Below are positions 30,016-39,978 of a stretch of 64,000 nt of DNA, in pieces. The notes below the pieces were generated by a model. It was given only the letters and a program-made list of their open reading frames with translations. It searched no databases and was not told the origin of the DNA. How positions within the stretch are numbered: the first letter of the stretch is position 1; every line of letters begins with the position of its first letter. The stretch covers positions 4,535 through 68,534 of the forward strand of contig JAUNCS010000005.1 in assembly GCA_030526485.1 (NCBI GenBank). The letters are read 5' to 3'. Source of the stretch: Erysipelotrichaceae bacterium. GTDB lineage: Bacteria > Bacillota_I > Bacilli_A > Erysipelotrichales > Erysipelotrichaceae. A program made the position numbers and the translations under genes.

Positions 30016-30821
30016 TGCCAGAACTGCCTGAGGTTGAAACAGTTGTCAGAACTTTGGAAACAAAGATAAAAGATTTAATGATAACTGATATTGAATTTAT
30101 CTATCCAAGAATCATTGATGGAGACATCAATGATTTTAAGCGTTCTTTAGTTGGTCAGCACTTTAGAGAATTTGATCGAAGAGGCAAGTATCTGATCTTT
30201 AAGATGGACGATATCACCTTTATTTCCCACTTAAGAATGGAAGGCAAGTATTATATATTGCCACCTGAAATTAAAAGAGATAAGCATACTCATATCGTTT
30301 TTAAACTGAGTGATGGTAATGAATTAAGATACCATGATGTCCGCAAATTTGGCCGTATGGAACTGATGCCTCTCCAAAAGGAATATAAGGTCTTTAAGGA
30401 TCTGGGTCCTGAGCCATTCTCTGATGATTTTAATCTGGAATATTGTAAGAATTATTTATCAAAGAAGAACAAGCCAATTAAAGAAGTACTGTTAGATCAG
30501 TCTTTTGTGGCAGGTGTAGGTAATATCTATGCCGATGAAATCTGTTTTGCGATCAGGGTTAATCCTTTAAAGATAGCCAATACATTAAGTGATAAAGAAA
30601 TTACTTCTTTAATTGAAGAAACAAGAAAAATTCTTTCTAAGGCAATCGAAGCTGGAGGTACAACCATCAGATCATATACATCATCTTTAGGTGTAACCGG
30701 TTTATTCCAGTTATCTTTAAATGTTCATACCATGGAAGAGTGTCCAATCTGTAAATCACCAATTAAAAAGATTAGAGTAGGTGGTAGAGGCACCTATTAT
30801 TGTGAGGCTTGTCAGAAATGA
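30015..30821 (+). CDS. mutM: Formamidopyrimidine-DNA glycosylase
   Basis: MPELPEVETV N terminus and a C-terminal zinc finger CPICKSPI...YYCEACQ. Confidence 0.95.
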   Translation: MPELPEVETVVRTLETKIKDLMITDIEFIYPRIIDGDINDFKRSLVGQHFREFDRRGKYLIFKMDDITFISHLRMEGKYYILPPEIKRDKHTHIVFKLSDGNELRYHDVRKFGRMELMPLQKEYKVFKDLGPEPFSDDFNLEYCKNYLSKKNKPIKEVLLDQSFVAGVGNIYADEICFAIRVNPLKIANTLSDKEITSLIEETRKILSKAIEAGGTTIRSYTSSLGVTGLFQLSLNVHTMEECPICKSPIKKIRVGGRGTYYCEACQK

Positions 30822-31384
30822 AAATAGCTATCACAGGAACTATTGGTTCAGGTAAGAGCACTGCGAGTGAATATTTAAGAAATAAGGGTTATCACGTCTT
30901 TGATTGTGACGCTTATAATCGTTATCTATTAGAAGAGGGCAATCCATCATATGAATTTATTAAAGAAAACTTCAGTGAATGTTTTACAGATTCTTTATTA
31001 GATAAGAAGAAAGTAGCTTCTGTTATCTTTTCTGATAATGAGAAAAAGAAGAAACTGGAAGACTTTGTGCATCCATTGATTGTTGAAAAGATGCTTGAAG
31101 AAATGGAAGAATATTCCTTATTTTTTGCGGAAGTACCACTTTTATTTGAATGTGATTTAGATATTTATTTTGATTTGTGTGTTCTTGTTTGCGTAAATGA
31201 AGAAACTGCTCTTAAAAGACTGGAAAACAGAGGTTTTAATAAAGAAGAAGCAAGCGCCAGAATTAATAAGCAGATGACCCTGGAACTAAAGAAGAAAAGG
31301 GCAGATGAAATAGTATATAATGATTTAGATTTAGCAAATTTATATAGACAGATAGAAGAATTATTAGATAAATATGTTAGGTAA
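30818..31384 (+). CDS. coaE: Dephospho-CoA kinase
   Basis: MKIAITGTIGSGKST P-loop. ATGA overlap with mutM. Confidence 0.9.
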   Translation: MKIAITGTIGSGKSTASEYLRNKGYHVFDCDAYNRYLLEEGNPSYEFIKENFSECFTDSLLDKKKVASVIFSDNEKKKKLEDFVHPLIVEKMLEEMEEYSLFFAEVPLLFECDLDIYFDLCVLVCVNEETALKRLENRGFNKEEASARINKQMTLELKKKRADEIVYNDLDLANLYRQIEELLDKYVR

Positions 31385-32510
31385 TAATTTATTTAAAGTT
31401 GAAAACAGAACAGATTTGAATAATTCCCAGTACAAGGCACTGGTTCTTTTATATGGACCGCTAATCGGCAATGATGCCTTATATCTGTATCAGTTTTTAA
31501 GTGTCAAGAATTCTTCATTAGTTTTTGATGAATTAAACAAGTTGCTTAACTCTTTAATGTATTCAATTGATAGACTGGAAAACTGTCTGGCTAAATTAAA
31601 TGAATACAAGCTATTAAGAACACTTAAAAAGGGCGAAGAAGATGTCTATGTCTTCATACTGGAAAATCCTTTATCTTTTGAGGAATTCATTAATAATGAC
31701 ATCTTTGTAAGAGACTTCATCTTAAAGACATCAGGTCTTTATTATCAGTCTTTAATCAGTGACTGTAAGGCTAATAATACATACAGTGGCTATGATGATA
31801 TCTCAGCTAAATACAATATTGAATCTTTAAATAACTGGACAGAGGACAATGAAAGCTTCTTAAAACCAATTGAAAAGAAACAGTATAAGTTTAATGGTTT
31901 CTTTGATATCAATGTCTTCTTACAGGATATTTCTAATCGATTATTACCGCTTAAATATCGTACAGAAGAGAATTTAAGCGAAATTGTTAAGTTAGCTGAT
32001 TTATACAGTATCTCTTATGACAAGATGCGCTCCTTCATACCTAAGGTATCAAAGAGTGGTACCAATAAGTTTGACTTAGACTTATTAAGATATCTTTGTC
32101 AGAATACCAAGACTGACTTTAAGTACTATGACGATGGTATTTATGCCATTCCTTGTATTGAGTTCTTAATGAACAAGCAGGAAGGCAAGGAAGTTACACC
32201 AGTTGATAAGAAGATTATCTATACTTTAGCTAATGACTACAACCTTAATCCTGACGTGATTAATGTTGTACTGGAACACAGTTTGAATAACTGCAATAAC
32301 GCTCTTATTGAAAAATATATTTATCCAGTTGCCTCTGACTTGCATCGTAACAATGTCACTACTGCCAAGATGGCTTTAGAAAGACTGGATAAAAACAGAA
32401 CAAACAGACCAATTAAGGAAAATATTGAAACATATGACGCTTCTATTAATCCGGATATGAGTGATGAAAGAAGAGAAGAATTAAGAAGACGAAGAGAAAA
32501 CAATGAATAA
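31374..32510 (+). CDS. Replication initiation/membrane attachment protein (B. subtilis DnaB / DnaD-domain type helicase-loading protein)
   Basis: Position immediately upstream of dnaI in the conserved polA-mutM-coaE-dnaB-dnaI order. About 378 aa, with a DnaD-like C-terminal repeat region. Confidence 0.65.
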   Translation: MLGNNLFKVENRTDLNNSQYKALVLLYGPLIGNDALYLYQFLSVKNSSLVFDELNKLLNSLMYSIDRLENCLAKLNEYKLLRTLKKGEEDVYVFILENPLSFEEFINNDIFVRDFILKTSGLYYQSLISDCKANNTYSGYDDISAKYNIESLNNWTEDNESFLKPIEKKQYKFNGFFDINVFLQDISNRLLPLKYRTEENLSEIVKLADLYSISYDKMRSFIPKVSKSGTNKFDLDLLRYLCQNTKTDFKYYDDGIYAIPCIEFLMNKQEGKEVTPVDKKIIYTLANDYNLNPDVINVVLEHSLNNCNNALIEKYIYPVASDLHRNNVTTAKMALERLDKNRTNRPIKENIETYDASINPDMSDERREELRRRRENNE

Positions 32511-33372
32511 GCAGGACTTAATTATAGAAATGTCTAATCATCCTTATATCAAGGAATTTATGACTAAAAGAGATTTACCGGTTTCTGACATTATAGATCA
32601 CTATAACGTCTTTTTAAGCACTTATGAATCTTTACTTAAGTGTAGAAACTGTCAGGGCTTATACTGCTGTGGTCAAAAGAAAACAGGGGAAGTGATGACA
32701 CTAAATTATGATGTTTCATATTACAATGACATCACTTACTGCAAATATTATTTAAATAAATTGAAGCAGGATAAGCTGAATAATTCTTTTGTAAGAAGTG
32801 ATATTCCCAAGGAATATCAGAGCCTGACTCTTGATAATATCTCCTTATTAGACGCCAATATTGAAAATCTGTGTGTTTATATGTATGAAATACTTGATGA
32901 AAAACGCGATAAGGGGTTATATATTTATGGTAACCTTGGTGTTGGCAAGACCTACATGTGTATGGCCTTGGCTAATTCCATGGTTAAAAAAGGCAAGAAG
33001 ACAGCTTTCTTGAAGACTAACTTTTTTGTCAATGAAATGCGTAAGCTTGTCGCCAGCAATAACCAGGAATATGAAGCAGTTATTGAAAGTATTAAGAAAT
33101 GTGACTGCCTGATTATGGATGATATCGGTTCAGAATCAGTAAGTTCATATTCCAGAGATGACTTGCTGTTTAACATACTGGATTATCGTATGGAAAATAA
33201 ATTAATCACTGTCTTTACTTCTAATCTTTCTAAGGATTCGCTATTAAAGCATTATACTTATGATAAGAATGATAATTCATCTATCATTCGTTCAAGAAGA
33301 TTATTGGAAAGAATAGATATCTTAAGTGATAACTTTGTCTTGGAAGGAGACAATAAGAGGAGATCAAAATGA
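32503..33372 (+). CDS. dnaI: Primosomal helicase loader DnaI
   Basis: N-terminal Cys cluster CRNCQG..C and an AAA+ Walker A GNLGVGKTYM. Confidence 0.85.
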   Translation: MNKQDLIIEMSNHPYIKEFMTKRDLPVSDIIDHYNVFLSTYESLLKCRNCQGLYCCGQKKTGEVMTLNYDVSYYNDITYCKYYLNKLKQDKLNNSFVRSDIPKEYQSLTLDNISLLDANIENLCVYMYEILDEKRDKGLYIYGNLGVGKTYMCMALANSMVKKGKKTAFLKTNFFVNEMRKLVASNNQEYEAVIESIKKCDCLIMDDIGSESVSSYSRDDLLFNILDYRMENKLITVFTSNLSKDSLLKHYTYDKNDNSSIIRSRRLLERIDILSDNFVLEGDNKRRSK

Positions 33373-34328
33373 TTAGAAAAATTGGTATATTAACTTCTGG
33401 TGGCGATTCACCAGGTATGAATGCAGCTATCAGATCAGTAACCAGAAATGCTCTGGCTAATGGTATTGAAGTTGTTGGTATTAGAGATGGTTACCGTGGC
33501 TTATTAAATGGCGACTACATTCCATTTACCAAGTCTAGTGTATCTGACATCTTATCTAGAGGTGGCACAATCTTAGGTAGTGCAAGACTTCCAGAATTTA
33601 AAGATGAAAGCGTACAGGATGCAGCTTGTGCAAAACTTAAAGAAGCTTGCATTGATGCTTTAGTAGTAATTGGTGGTGATGGTTCATATCGAGGTGCTGT
33701 AGCCTTAACTAAAAAGGGTATTAACTGTGTAGGTTTACCTGGTACTATTGATAACGATATTGCTGGTACAGACTTCACTATTGGCTTTGATACAGCATTA
33801 AATACAATCGTTGATTGTGTCGATAAACTAAGAGATACTTCTAGTTCACATCATAGATGTTCAATTGTTGAAGTAATGGGTAACAGATGTGGTGACCTGG
33901 CTATCTGGTCTGGTATTTCAACAGGTGCTGAAATTATCATTACTCCAGAAACAGGCTATGATGAAGAAATGATTCTTGAAAAGCTGGCTCATCTTGATAG
34001 ACAGGGCAAGAACCATGCGATTGTTATTGTTTCTGAAAAGATTACTGACGTTAATGCCTTAGCAAACAAGATTACACAATCTACTGGTTTCTCAGGTCGT
34101 GCTACAGTTCTTGGTCATATTCAAAGAGGTGGTTCACCAACTCCAAATGACCGTGTACTGGCATCTAGACTTGGTGAAAAGGCAGTAGATCTATTGCTTG
34201 AAGGTATTGGTGGTCACTGTTGCGGTATCAGAGAAAATGAAATCACACATATGCCAATTGAAGAAGCTCTAAATATGCCTAGAACTTCTAAGAAACCACT
34301 ATACAGATTATTTGATCGTTTAGTATAA
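33369..34328 (+). CDS. pfkA: ATP-dependent 6-phosphofructokinase
   Basis: IGILTSGGDSPGMNAAIR, GGDGSY, PGTIDND. Confidence 0.95.
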   Translation: MIRKIGILTSGGDSPGMNAAIRSVTRNALANGIEVVGIRDGYRGLLNGDYIPFTKSSVSDILSRGGTILGSARLPEFKDESVQDAACAKLKEACIDALVVIGGDGSYRGAVALTKKGINCVGLPGTIDNDIAGTDFTIGFDTALNTIVDCVDKLRDTSSSHHRCSIVEVMGNRCGDLAIWSGISTGAEIIITPETGYDEEMILEKLAHLDRQGKNHAIVIVSEKITDVNALANKITQSTGFSGRATVLGHIQRGGSPTPNDRVLASRLGEKAVDLLLEGIGGHCCGIRENEITHMPIEEALNMPRTSKKPLYRLFDRLV

Positions 34329-34331
34329 AAC

Positions 34332-34357
34332 AAAGACCTCGTTAAACGAGGTCTTTT
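34332..34357. terminator. Bidirectional terminator between pfkA and the convergent kinase gene
   Basis: aaagacctcg / cgaggtcttt stem with loop ttaaa. Confidence 0.8.
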
Positions 34358-35232
34358 ATATCTTCATATTTAAGTGTTGAACCAATATGTCTTATTACTT
34401 CGGAAGCAAATAAATTAGCCTTATGCATAGCTTCCTTTTTATCCTTACTCATAAAGCGATAAGCCATATAAGTTCCCAAATGACAATCACCAGCACCCAC
34501 AGTATCAACTACTTCACTTTCTCTTGATAAAAGGGTGAATTCTTCTTCTTTTGAATATAATAATGAACCATCTTTTCCTAAAGTAACAATGATGTCATTA
34601 TCATTTTCCTTATGTAGAATTCTGACAGCTTCATGGACATCTTTTGCATTGGTATAGTCTAAGATTTCCTGTTCATTTAAATGAATGATGGGCTTTAGTT
34701 TCATTAGTCTGTTTAATAAGTCTTTATCAATAGTTAAAAGTCGAGGACCTGGAGCAAAATAGATGTTTTCAATCCTGTTTTCTTCTAAGAATGAAACTAT
34801 CTCACTACCGGTATCTTCTTCGACTTCCAGTCCGCAGACAAAGACCTGTTTAAATTCGCTGGTATCGATATCTTTAAACCACGATCTGTCAAACTTGTAT
34901 TCAATACCGTGATAGGCAATAAAGCTTCTTTCGCCATTATCTTCCACAAGACACAGACAAGCGCCATGACTTTCATTGGAAGTCCTAAAGACTGGGAAAT
35001 TGTTCTTTTCAAGTTCCTTTTTTACAAAGTCCCCATAAATGCCACTGCCAATAGTTACGGCATGTAAAAAGGGCAGGTTTAATAAATTAAAGATTTGTGC
35101 CACATTATAGGCACAGCCACCCAAAGAATAGTGGTGTTCACCAGAATTGATGTCCTCAGTACTCTTAGGTAGTTTTGGCGTCGGTACCACGATATCAACA
35201 GTGCATGATCCAATTATTAATGTCTTATCCAT
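34342..35232 (-). CDS. PfkB/ribokinase-family carbohydrate kinase
   Basis: GGCAYNVA and DTVGAGD motifs. ATG at 35232 gives MDKTLIIGS. The ORF track TTG start at 35250 is less likely. Confidence 0.8.
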   Translation of the reverse strand: MDKTLIIGSCTVDIVVPTPKLPKSTEDINSGEHHYSLGGCAYNVAQIFNLLNLPFLHAVTIGSGIYGDFVKKELEKNNFPVFRTSNESHGACLCLVEDNGERSFIAYHGIEYKFDRSWFKDIDTSEFKQVFVCGLEVEEDTGSEIVSFLEENRIENIYFAPGPRLLTIDKDLLNRLMKLKPIIHLNEQEILDYTNAKDVHEAVRILHKENDNDIIVTLGKDGSLLYSKEEEFTLLSRESEVVDTVGAGDCHLGTYMAYRFMSKDKKEAMHKANLFASEVIRHIGSTLKYEDIKDLV

Positions 35233-35245
35233 AACACTAATATTG

Positions 35246-35277
35246 TACAAACAAAAAGACTGTTATTCACAGTCTTT
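35246..35277 (-). terminator. Terminator hairpin of rnj
   Basis: aaagactgt / acagtcttt stem overlapping the rnj stop. Minus-strand tail is ttgtttg. Confidence 0.6.
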
Positions 35278-37009
35278 AGTTTACTTTTCGCTTATTTACT
35301 TCCACGCTGTTTAAGATAACTGGAATGACAATCGGATTTCGATTAGTCTTAGAGAACAGATATGGTTCAAGTGTTCTTCTGACACAGTTCTTTAAGTCAT
35401 TGAAAGTAACTTTCTGTTTCATTGTTTCCTTTAATGCTTCATATACCAGAATTTCAGCTTCTTTTAATAAAGACTGATTTTCCTTAATATAGACAAAGCC
35501 ACGAGACACAATGCCTGGACGACATAATATCTTATTTGATCTTGAATCAATACAGATGACAACAGCAACCATACCATTATCAGCTAGTATCTGTCTGTCT
35601 TTTAAGACGGAGTTAGATAGGCCTGATACATCTCTGCCATCAACGTAAATTGCATCGCTTTGAATACGGGTATTTGATCTAAATACTTCGCCATCTCTTA
35701 GTACTAAAGCATCGCCATTGGCACAAATGAAGCACTGTTCTTCTTTTAAACCAGTTTCCATTGCGGTTCTGGCATGAATCTTCAGCATCTTGTATTCGCC
35801 ATGCACTGGCATAAAGTACTTAGGCTTGATCAGCTGCAACATCAGTTTCTGTTCTTCCTTAGATGCGTGTCCAGTTGTATGAAGTGACTGGAAGGTTGCG
35901 TTTTCATGAACTCTGGCACCATTTCTTACCAGCTGGTTAACGATATCAGAAACATTTAGGGCATTACCAGGAATAGGGTTACTTGAAAGAACCACTGTAT
36001 CACCAGGCATAACCTTAATGAATTTATGCGTACCATTGGCAATTCTGCTTAAAGCAGCCAGTGTTTCTCCCTGAGAACCTGTACAGATAATGCAGATTTC
36101 ATTAGCTGGGAAACTGTTTACCATATCAGCACCAATAAAAGTGTCTTCAGGTACATTAATAGTTTTTAACTGCTTACCAATTTCAACAACATTTTCCATT
36201 GAACGACCAAGAATCAAGACCTTACGGTTACATTCCTTAGCGGCATAGATAATCTGTGCTAAACGATGGACATTACTTGCGAAAGTTGAAACAATCAGTC
36301 TTCCTGGTGTCTTTTTAGTGATATCCAGAATAGAGGCCGCAACTTTCTTTTCAGAAATTGAGAAACCTTCTACTTCGGAGTTGGTTGAATCTGACATCAG
36401 AAGGGTAACACCAGATGCGCCAATATAGGCCATCTTCTGATAATCAGCATTAGTTCCAACCGGTGTTAAGTCAAACTTGAAGTCACCAGTTTCAACAATT
36501 CGACCATTAGGGGTATTGATTAGAATACCTAATGAATCGGGAATTGAGTGAACTGTATTATAGAAACCAATCTTGAAGTATTTGGTTTGAATGCATGATT
36601 CATCGGTGATTTCGGTAATCTTGGTGTTATATAAACGTCTTCTTTCACTTAGTTTCTTTTCAATCAGGGCTTTAGCGAAACGAGGGGCGTAGATATTTTC
36701 AATCTTGCAGGCCATTAATAAGAAAGGAATACCACCAATGTGGTCTTCGTGGCCGTGAGTAATAATTAACGCTTTTATTTTTTCCTGGTTTTTAATCAAA
36801 TGAGTATAATCAGGTATAACATATTCAACACCTAATAATTCGTCATCAGGAAACTTGACGCCTGAGTCAACTATGATAATTTCATCATCCTGTTCAAAAC
36901 AATACATGTTTTTGCCGACTTCGCCTAAACCGCCAAGGGCATAAACCAAAGTATCTTTCTTTGTATCATAATTGACACCGACATAAGGATTGACTCTTTT
37001 GTCTTTCAT
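35276..37009 (-). CDS. rnj: Ribonuclease J
   Basis: Metallo-beta-lactamase motif THGHEDHIGG, beta-CASP, 577 aa. SD ggagga. Confidence 0.95.
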   Translation of the reverse strand: MKDKRVNPYVGVNYDTKKDTLVYALGGLGEVGKNMYCFEQDDEIIIVDSGVKFPDDELLGVEYVIPDYTHLIKNQEKIKALIITHGHEDHIGGIPFLLMACKIENIYAPRFAKALIEKKLSERRRLYNTKITEITDESCIQTKYFKIGFYNTVHSIPDSLGILINTPNGRIVETGDFKFDLTPVGTNADYQKMAYIGASGVTLLMSDSTNSEVEGFSISEKKVAASILDITKKTPGRLIVSTFASNVHRLAQIIYAAKECNRKVLILGRSMENVVEIGKQLKTINVPEDTFIGADMVNSFPANEICIICTGSQGETLAALSRIANGTHKFIKVMPGDTVVLSSNPIPGNALNVSDIVNQLVRNGARVHENATFQSLHTTGHASKEEQKLMLQLIKPKYFMPVHGEYKMLKIHARTAMETGLKEEQCFICANGDALVLRDGEVFRSNTRIQSDAIYVDGRDVSGLSNSVLKDRQILADNGMVAVVICIDSRSNKILCRPGIVSRGFVYIKENQSLLKEAEILVYEALKETMKQKVTFNDLKNCVRRTLEPYLFSKTNRNPIVIPVILNSVEVNKRKVN

Positions 37010-37047
37010 TGTTCCTCCATTATATTGTTCGAATTACTAAAAACATT

Positions 37048-37083
37048 TTAAAACAAAAATCCCTTTTTTGAAAAGGGATTTTA
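37048..37083 (-). terminator. Terminator hairpin of def
   Basis: aaatccctttt / aaaagggattt stem. Minus-strand tail is ttgtttt. Confidence 0.75.
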
Positions 37084-37641
37084 CTCAATACAGATAGCAT
37101 TTTCATCAATAAAGAAAGGGTTCTCCTTGTTGATGTGATCATAGAAAAGGGTACCCTTAAAATGATCCAGTTCATGTTGTAAGACGATAGCCAGATAATC
37201 ATCAGCTTTGATAACGATTTCTTCATCTCTTAGCATGTCATAAGCCTTAACTTTGACTCTGGCACTGCGGTAGATATAGCCCTGATGAGCTTCTTCTACC
37301 GAAAGGCAGCCTTCGCCAGTTTTCAGATATGCTTTTTCAACGGAAGAAGAAATAATTTTTGGATTTACCAGAGCAAATTCTTCAACAACTTCACCTTCAG
37401 CATCCTTAATAATAACAGCTGTCATTTTCTTGGGAACACCAACCTGAATGGCAGAAATACCTACAGCTGGTCTTAAATTCTTTTCTGTTGCGATTTCTTC
37501 AATAGTAGATTCATCGACATAGTTAAACATATCAATCATTAGCTGTCGATCTTCTTCACTTAAGGGAAGAGGGACGTCAACAGATTTCTGTCTGATTAGT
37601 TCATCTGTATCTTTGATAATTGTGTCATTGTTTATAATCAT
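37081..37641 (-). CDS. def: Peptide deformylase
   Basis: Motifs GISAIQVG, EGCLSVE, HELDH. ATG 37641 gives 186 aa. The longer ORF to 37836 overlaps the divergent gene. Confidence 0.9.
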   Translation of the reverse strand: MIINNDTIIKDTDELIRQKSVDVPLPLSEEDRQLMIDMFNYVDESTIEEIATEKNLRPAVGISAIQVGVPKKMTAVIIKDAEGEVVEEFALVNPKIISSSVEKAYLKTGEGCLSVEEAHQGYIYRSARVKVKAYDMLRDEEIVIKADDYLAIVLQHELDHFKGTLFYDHINKENPFFIDENAICIE

Positions 37642-37647
37642 GCAATT

Positions 37648-37653
37648 ATTATA
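37648..37653 (-). promoter_or_regulatory. -10 TATAAT (minus strand, preceded by TG) 6 nt upstream of the def ATG (leaderless-type)
   Basis: Minus strand reads aaTGTATAAT-aattgc-ATG. Confidence 0.45.
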
Positions 37654-37678
37654 CATTAATAAAATCAGATTTTTCTTG

Positions 37679-37687
37679 TGATAAAAT
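37679..37687 (+). promoter_or_regulatory. Extended -10 TGaTAAAAT 6 nt upstream of the ftsW/rodA ATG (leaderless-type)
   Basis: TAAAAT at 37682-37687, ATG at 37694. The gap tgttgt has no SD. Confidence 0.5.
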
Positions 37688-37693
37688 TGTTGT

Positions 37694-38872
37694 ATGTCTA
37701 AAAAGAAAAAACTATCACTCTTTCCAGAGTATTCTGATAAATTAATATTATTTTGCTTAATAACACTTATTGTTTTTGGATCATTAATGATCATATCTGC
37801 TGAAATGGGCGGTAATGCCGGTGAAATGTCTATCATTACTAAAACAGCTTTAAGACAATGCTTAATTGTTGCTGCGGGTTTTGTTGTAATGATAGTGTTA
37901 ATGAAAATGCCTTTATTCCCTTTTAGAATAGAGCTGTATTGGATTGCTTATGGATTCTTTCTGATTTTGTTATTGCTGACAAGAGCTTTTGGTGCTGCAA
38001 ATGGTGCTTACGCCTGGATTAGACTTCCTGGTAATTTCACTATCCAGCCTTCAGAATTTGCTAAGGCATACATAATATTGTTTGGTGCAAAGATGTTAGG
38101 TAAAGATCGAAAAGAAGACAATATTAAGTATTTAAAACAGTTTTTAATTGCGGCTGCTGTTTACTTTGTGATTATTCTTATCTATCAGAAAGACCTGGGT
38201 TCAGCCGTAGTATTATTTGGTATAACTTTTATCATTGTCATGATTCCACCATATAAGGAATTTACTGATTTCCATATGTGGATGTTGATAGTTTTAGCGG
38301 GCGGTCTTCTGGCTATTGGTCTTATGCTTTCACCACCGGTTACCAATTTCTTGATGAAACATTCCGGCAACTATATGATCGGTCGATTCTTGGCGGCAGC
38401 TAATCCATTTATGTTCCAGTATGATATTGGTTATCACTTGATTATTGGTTTAGTATCATTTGCCACTGGTGGCTGGTTTGGCTTAGGCTATGGGCAGTCA
38501 ATTCATAAGTATATGAACTTCCCAAACCCATCAAATGACTTTATCTTACCGGTAATTGTTGAGGAAATGGGTGTGGTCCTTGGTTTAATGCCGATACTGG
38601 TCTTATATGGAATTATTTTCTATAGACTGATTAAACATTCATTAAAAACAACTAAGACTACTTGTAAGATGATTTGCGTTGGTACAGTTGCATATTTGGC
38701 CATTCACTTTGTTTTAAATGTAGGTGGTGTTAGTGGTTTGGTACCTCTAACTGGTGTACCTTTATTATTAATATCTTCTGGTGGCTCTTCACTATGGGCG
38801 GTTATGATGGCCTTTGGCTTATGTGAAAATGAAATTATTAACTATACAAAGGAACTAGAAGCATGCGAATAA
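37694..38872 (+). CDS. FtsW/RodA/SpoVE family SEDS peptidoglycan polymerase
   Basis: 392 aa with about 10 TM segments. Typical motifs QPSEFAK and LPLTGVPLLLISSGGSS. Confidence 0.9.
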   Translation: MSKKKKLSLFPEYSDKLILFCLITLIVFGSLMIISAEMGGNAGEMSIITKTALRQCLIVAAGFVVMIVLMKMPLFPFRIELYWIAYGFFLILLLLTRAFGAANGAYAWIRLPGNFTIQPSEFAKAYIILFGAKMLGKDRKEDNIKYLKQFLIAAAVYFVIILIYQKDLGSAVVLFGITFIIVMIPPYKEFTDFHMWMLIVLAGGLLAIGLMLSPPVTNFLMKHSGNYMIGRFLAAANPFMFQYDIGYHLIIGLVSFATGGWFGLGYGQSIHKYMNFPNPSNDFILPVIVEEMGVVLGLMPILVLYGIIFYRLIKHSLKTTKTTCKMICVGTVAYLAIHFVLNVGGVSGLVPLTGVPLLLISSGGSSLWAVMMAFGLCENEIINYTKELEACE

Positions 38873-39405
38873 TTGCTGGTAAATATCGTCGTATTAACTT
38901 AAACACTTTGGATAGCTTAGATACAAGACCTACCAAGGATATGGTCAAGGAAGCGCTGTTTTCTTCTTTAAATGATGTTGAAGACAAGGATTTCCTGGAC
39001 TTGTTCTCTGGCAGTGGAGCTATTGGTATTGAAGCCATTTCCAGAGGTGCCAAAAGGGTTGTCTTCAATGATTTAAACAGGGAAGCGGTTAAGATTATTA
39101 AAAGTAATTTAAACAAGATTAAAGAAGAAGATGAAGTGTTTAATCTGAGCTATGAAGTCTGTCTAAACAGATTAAAGGATGCAAACTTTGACATCATCTT
39201 CTTAGATCCGCCATATAAGTTTGCTGACTTTGATAAAATCTTTGATTTGATAAATGAAAACAATGTCTTGAAGAAGGGTGGAATCCTGGTCTTTGAGATT
39301 AAGAAGGATAGTGTTGTAAAGGAAAAATATAACAACTTATCTTTATATAAGGAAAAGAAGTATGGAATTTCTAAGCTTCTATACTTTAGGGAGGAAAATG
39401 ATTAA
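38863..39405 (+). CDS. rsmD: 16S rRNA (guanine966-N2)-methyltransferase
   Basis: MRIIAGKYRR, DLFSGSGAIGIEAISRGA, FLDPPY. Confidence 0.9.
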   Translation: MRIIAGKYRRINLNTLDSLDTRPTKDMVKEALFSSLNDVEDKDFLDLFSGSGAIGIEAISRGAKRVVFNDLNREAVKIIKSNLNKIKEEDEVFNLSYEVCLNRLKDANFDIIFLDPPYKFADFDKIFDLINENNVLKKGGILVFEIKKDSVVKEKYNNLSLYKEKKYGISKLLYFREEND

Positions 39406-39883
39406 AGCTATTTATCCGGGTACTTTTGACCCAATTACCAATGGCCACTTAGATATCATTGAAAGAGCTTCTAAGACCTTTGATGTCTTATATGTGGCTG
39501 TTATGATCAATAAGCATAAGAAATGCACATTCTCATTAGAAGAAAGAGTAGATTTCATCAAAAGATGTACTGCTCATTTAGGAAATGTAGAAGTGGTAGC
39601 TGATTCCTGCTTAACAGTTGAACTGGCTAAGAAGCTTGACTGTAAGGTTATTGTTAGAGGCATCAGAGCGGTAACAGACTATGAATATGAACTGGCTCAG
39701 GCTACTTCTAATATGATGCTGAACAGGGAAGTAGAAACTTATCTGATGGTTTCTAAGCCTGAACTGTCTTTCTTGAGTTCAACTATCGCTAAGGAAATCG
39801 CAACATTTGGTGGTGATATTAAGGAATATATTCCTTCAGTCATCTATGATGATGCGATGAAAAAGCTGACAATTAATAATTAG
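39398..39883 (+). CDS. coaD: Phosphopantetheine adenylyltransferase
   Basis: MIKAIYPGTFDPITNGHLDII. Confidence 0.95.
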   Translation: MIKAIYPGTFDPITNGHLDIIERASKTFDVLYVAVMINKHKKCTFSLEERVDFIKRCTAHLGNVEVVADSCLTVELAKKLDCKVIVRGIRAVTDYEYELAQATSNMMLNREVETYLMVSKPELSFLSSTIAKEIATFGGDIKEYIPSVIYDDAMKKLTINN

Positions 39884-39896
39884 TTAAAAATATCAC

Positions 39897-39925
39897 TTGA
39901 CTTAAATTGTTGATGGTCATAAAAT
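39897..39925 (+). promoter_or_regulatory. Sigma-A type promoter TTGACT-17 nt-TAAAAT for the PTS operon
   Basis: -35 at 39897-39902, -10 at 39920-39925, exact 17-nt spacer. Confidence 0.7.
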
Positions 39926-39938
39926 GAAACCGTTAACA
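39924..39938. promoter_or_regulatory. Catabolite-responsive element (cre) ATGAAACCGTTAACA
   Basis: Fits WTGNAANCGNWNNCW at every constrained position. Overlaps the -10/+1 region. Confidence 0.65.
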
Positions 39939-39945
39939 AAAATAT

Positions 39946-39978
39946 ATTACGTGTGACTGTTAAATCAGGCATGAGATT
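39946..39978 (+). promoter_or_regulatory. RAT (ribonucleic antiterminator) element for a BglG/LicT-family antiterminator
   Basis: attacgtgtgACTGttaaatCAGGCAtgagat resembles the Bacillus RAT core (..TTACTG...CAGGCAAAA..) and overlaps the 5' arm of the terminator. Confidence 0.65.

Noticed and set aside
37642-37836. N-terminal extension of def to a 251-aa ORF
   Set aside because: The extension overlaps the divergent ftsW/rodA start and promoter, and its sequence is not deformylase-like. ATG 37641 gives a normal 186-aa Def with a -10 box 6 nt upstream.
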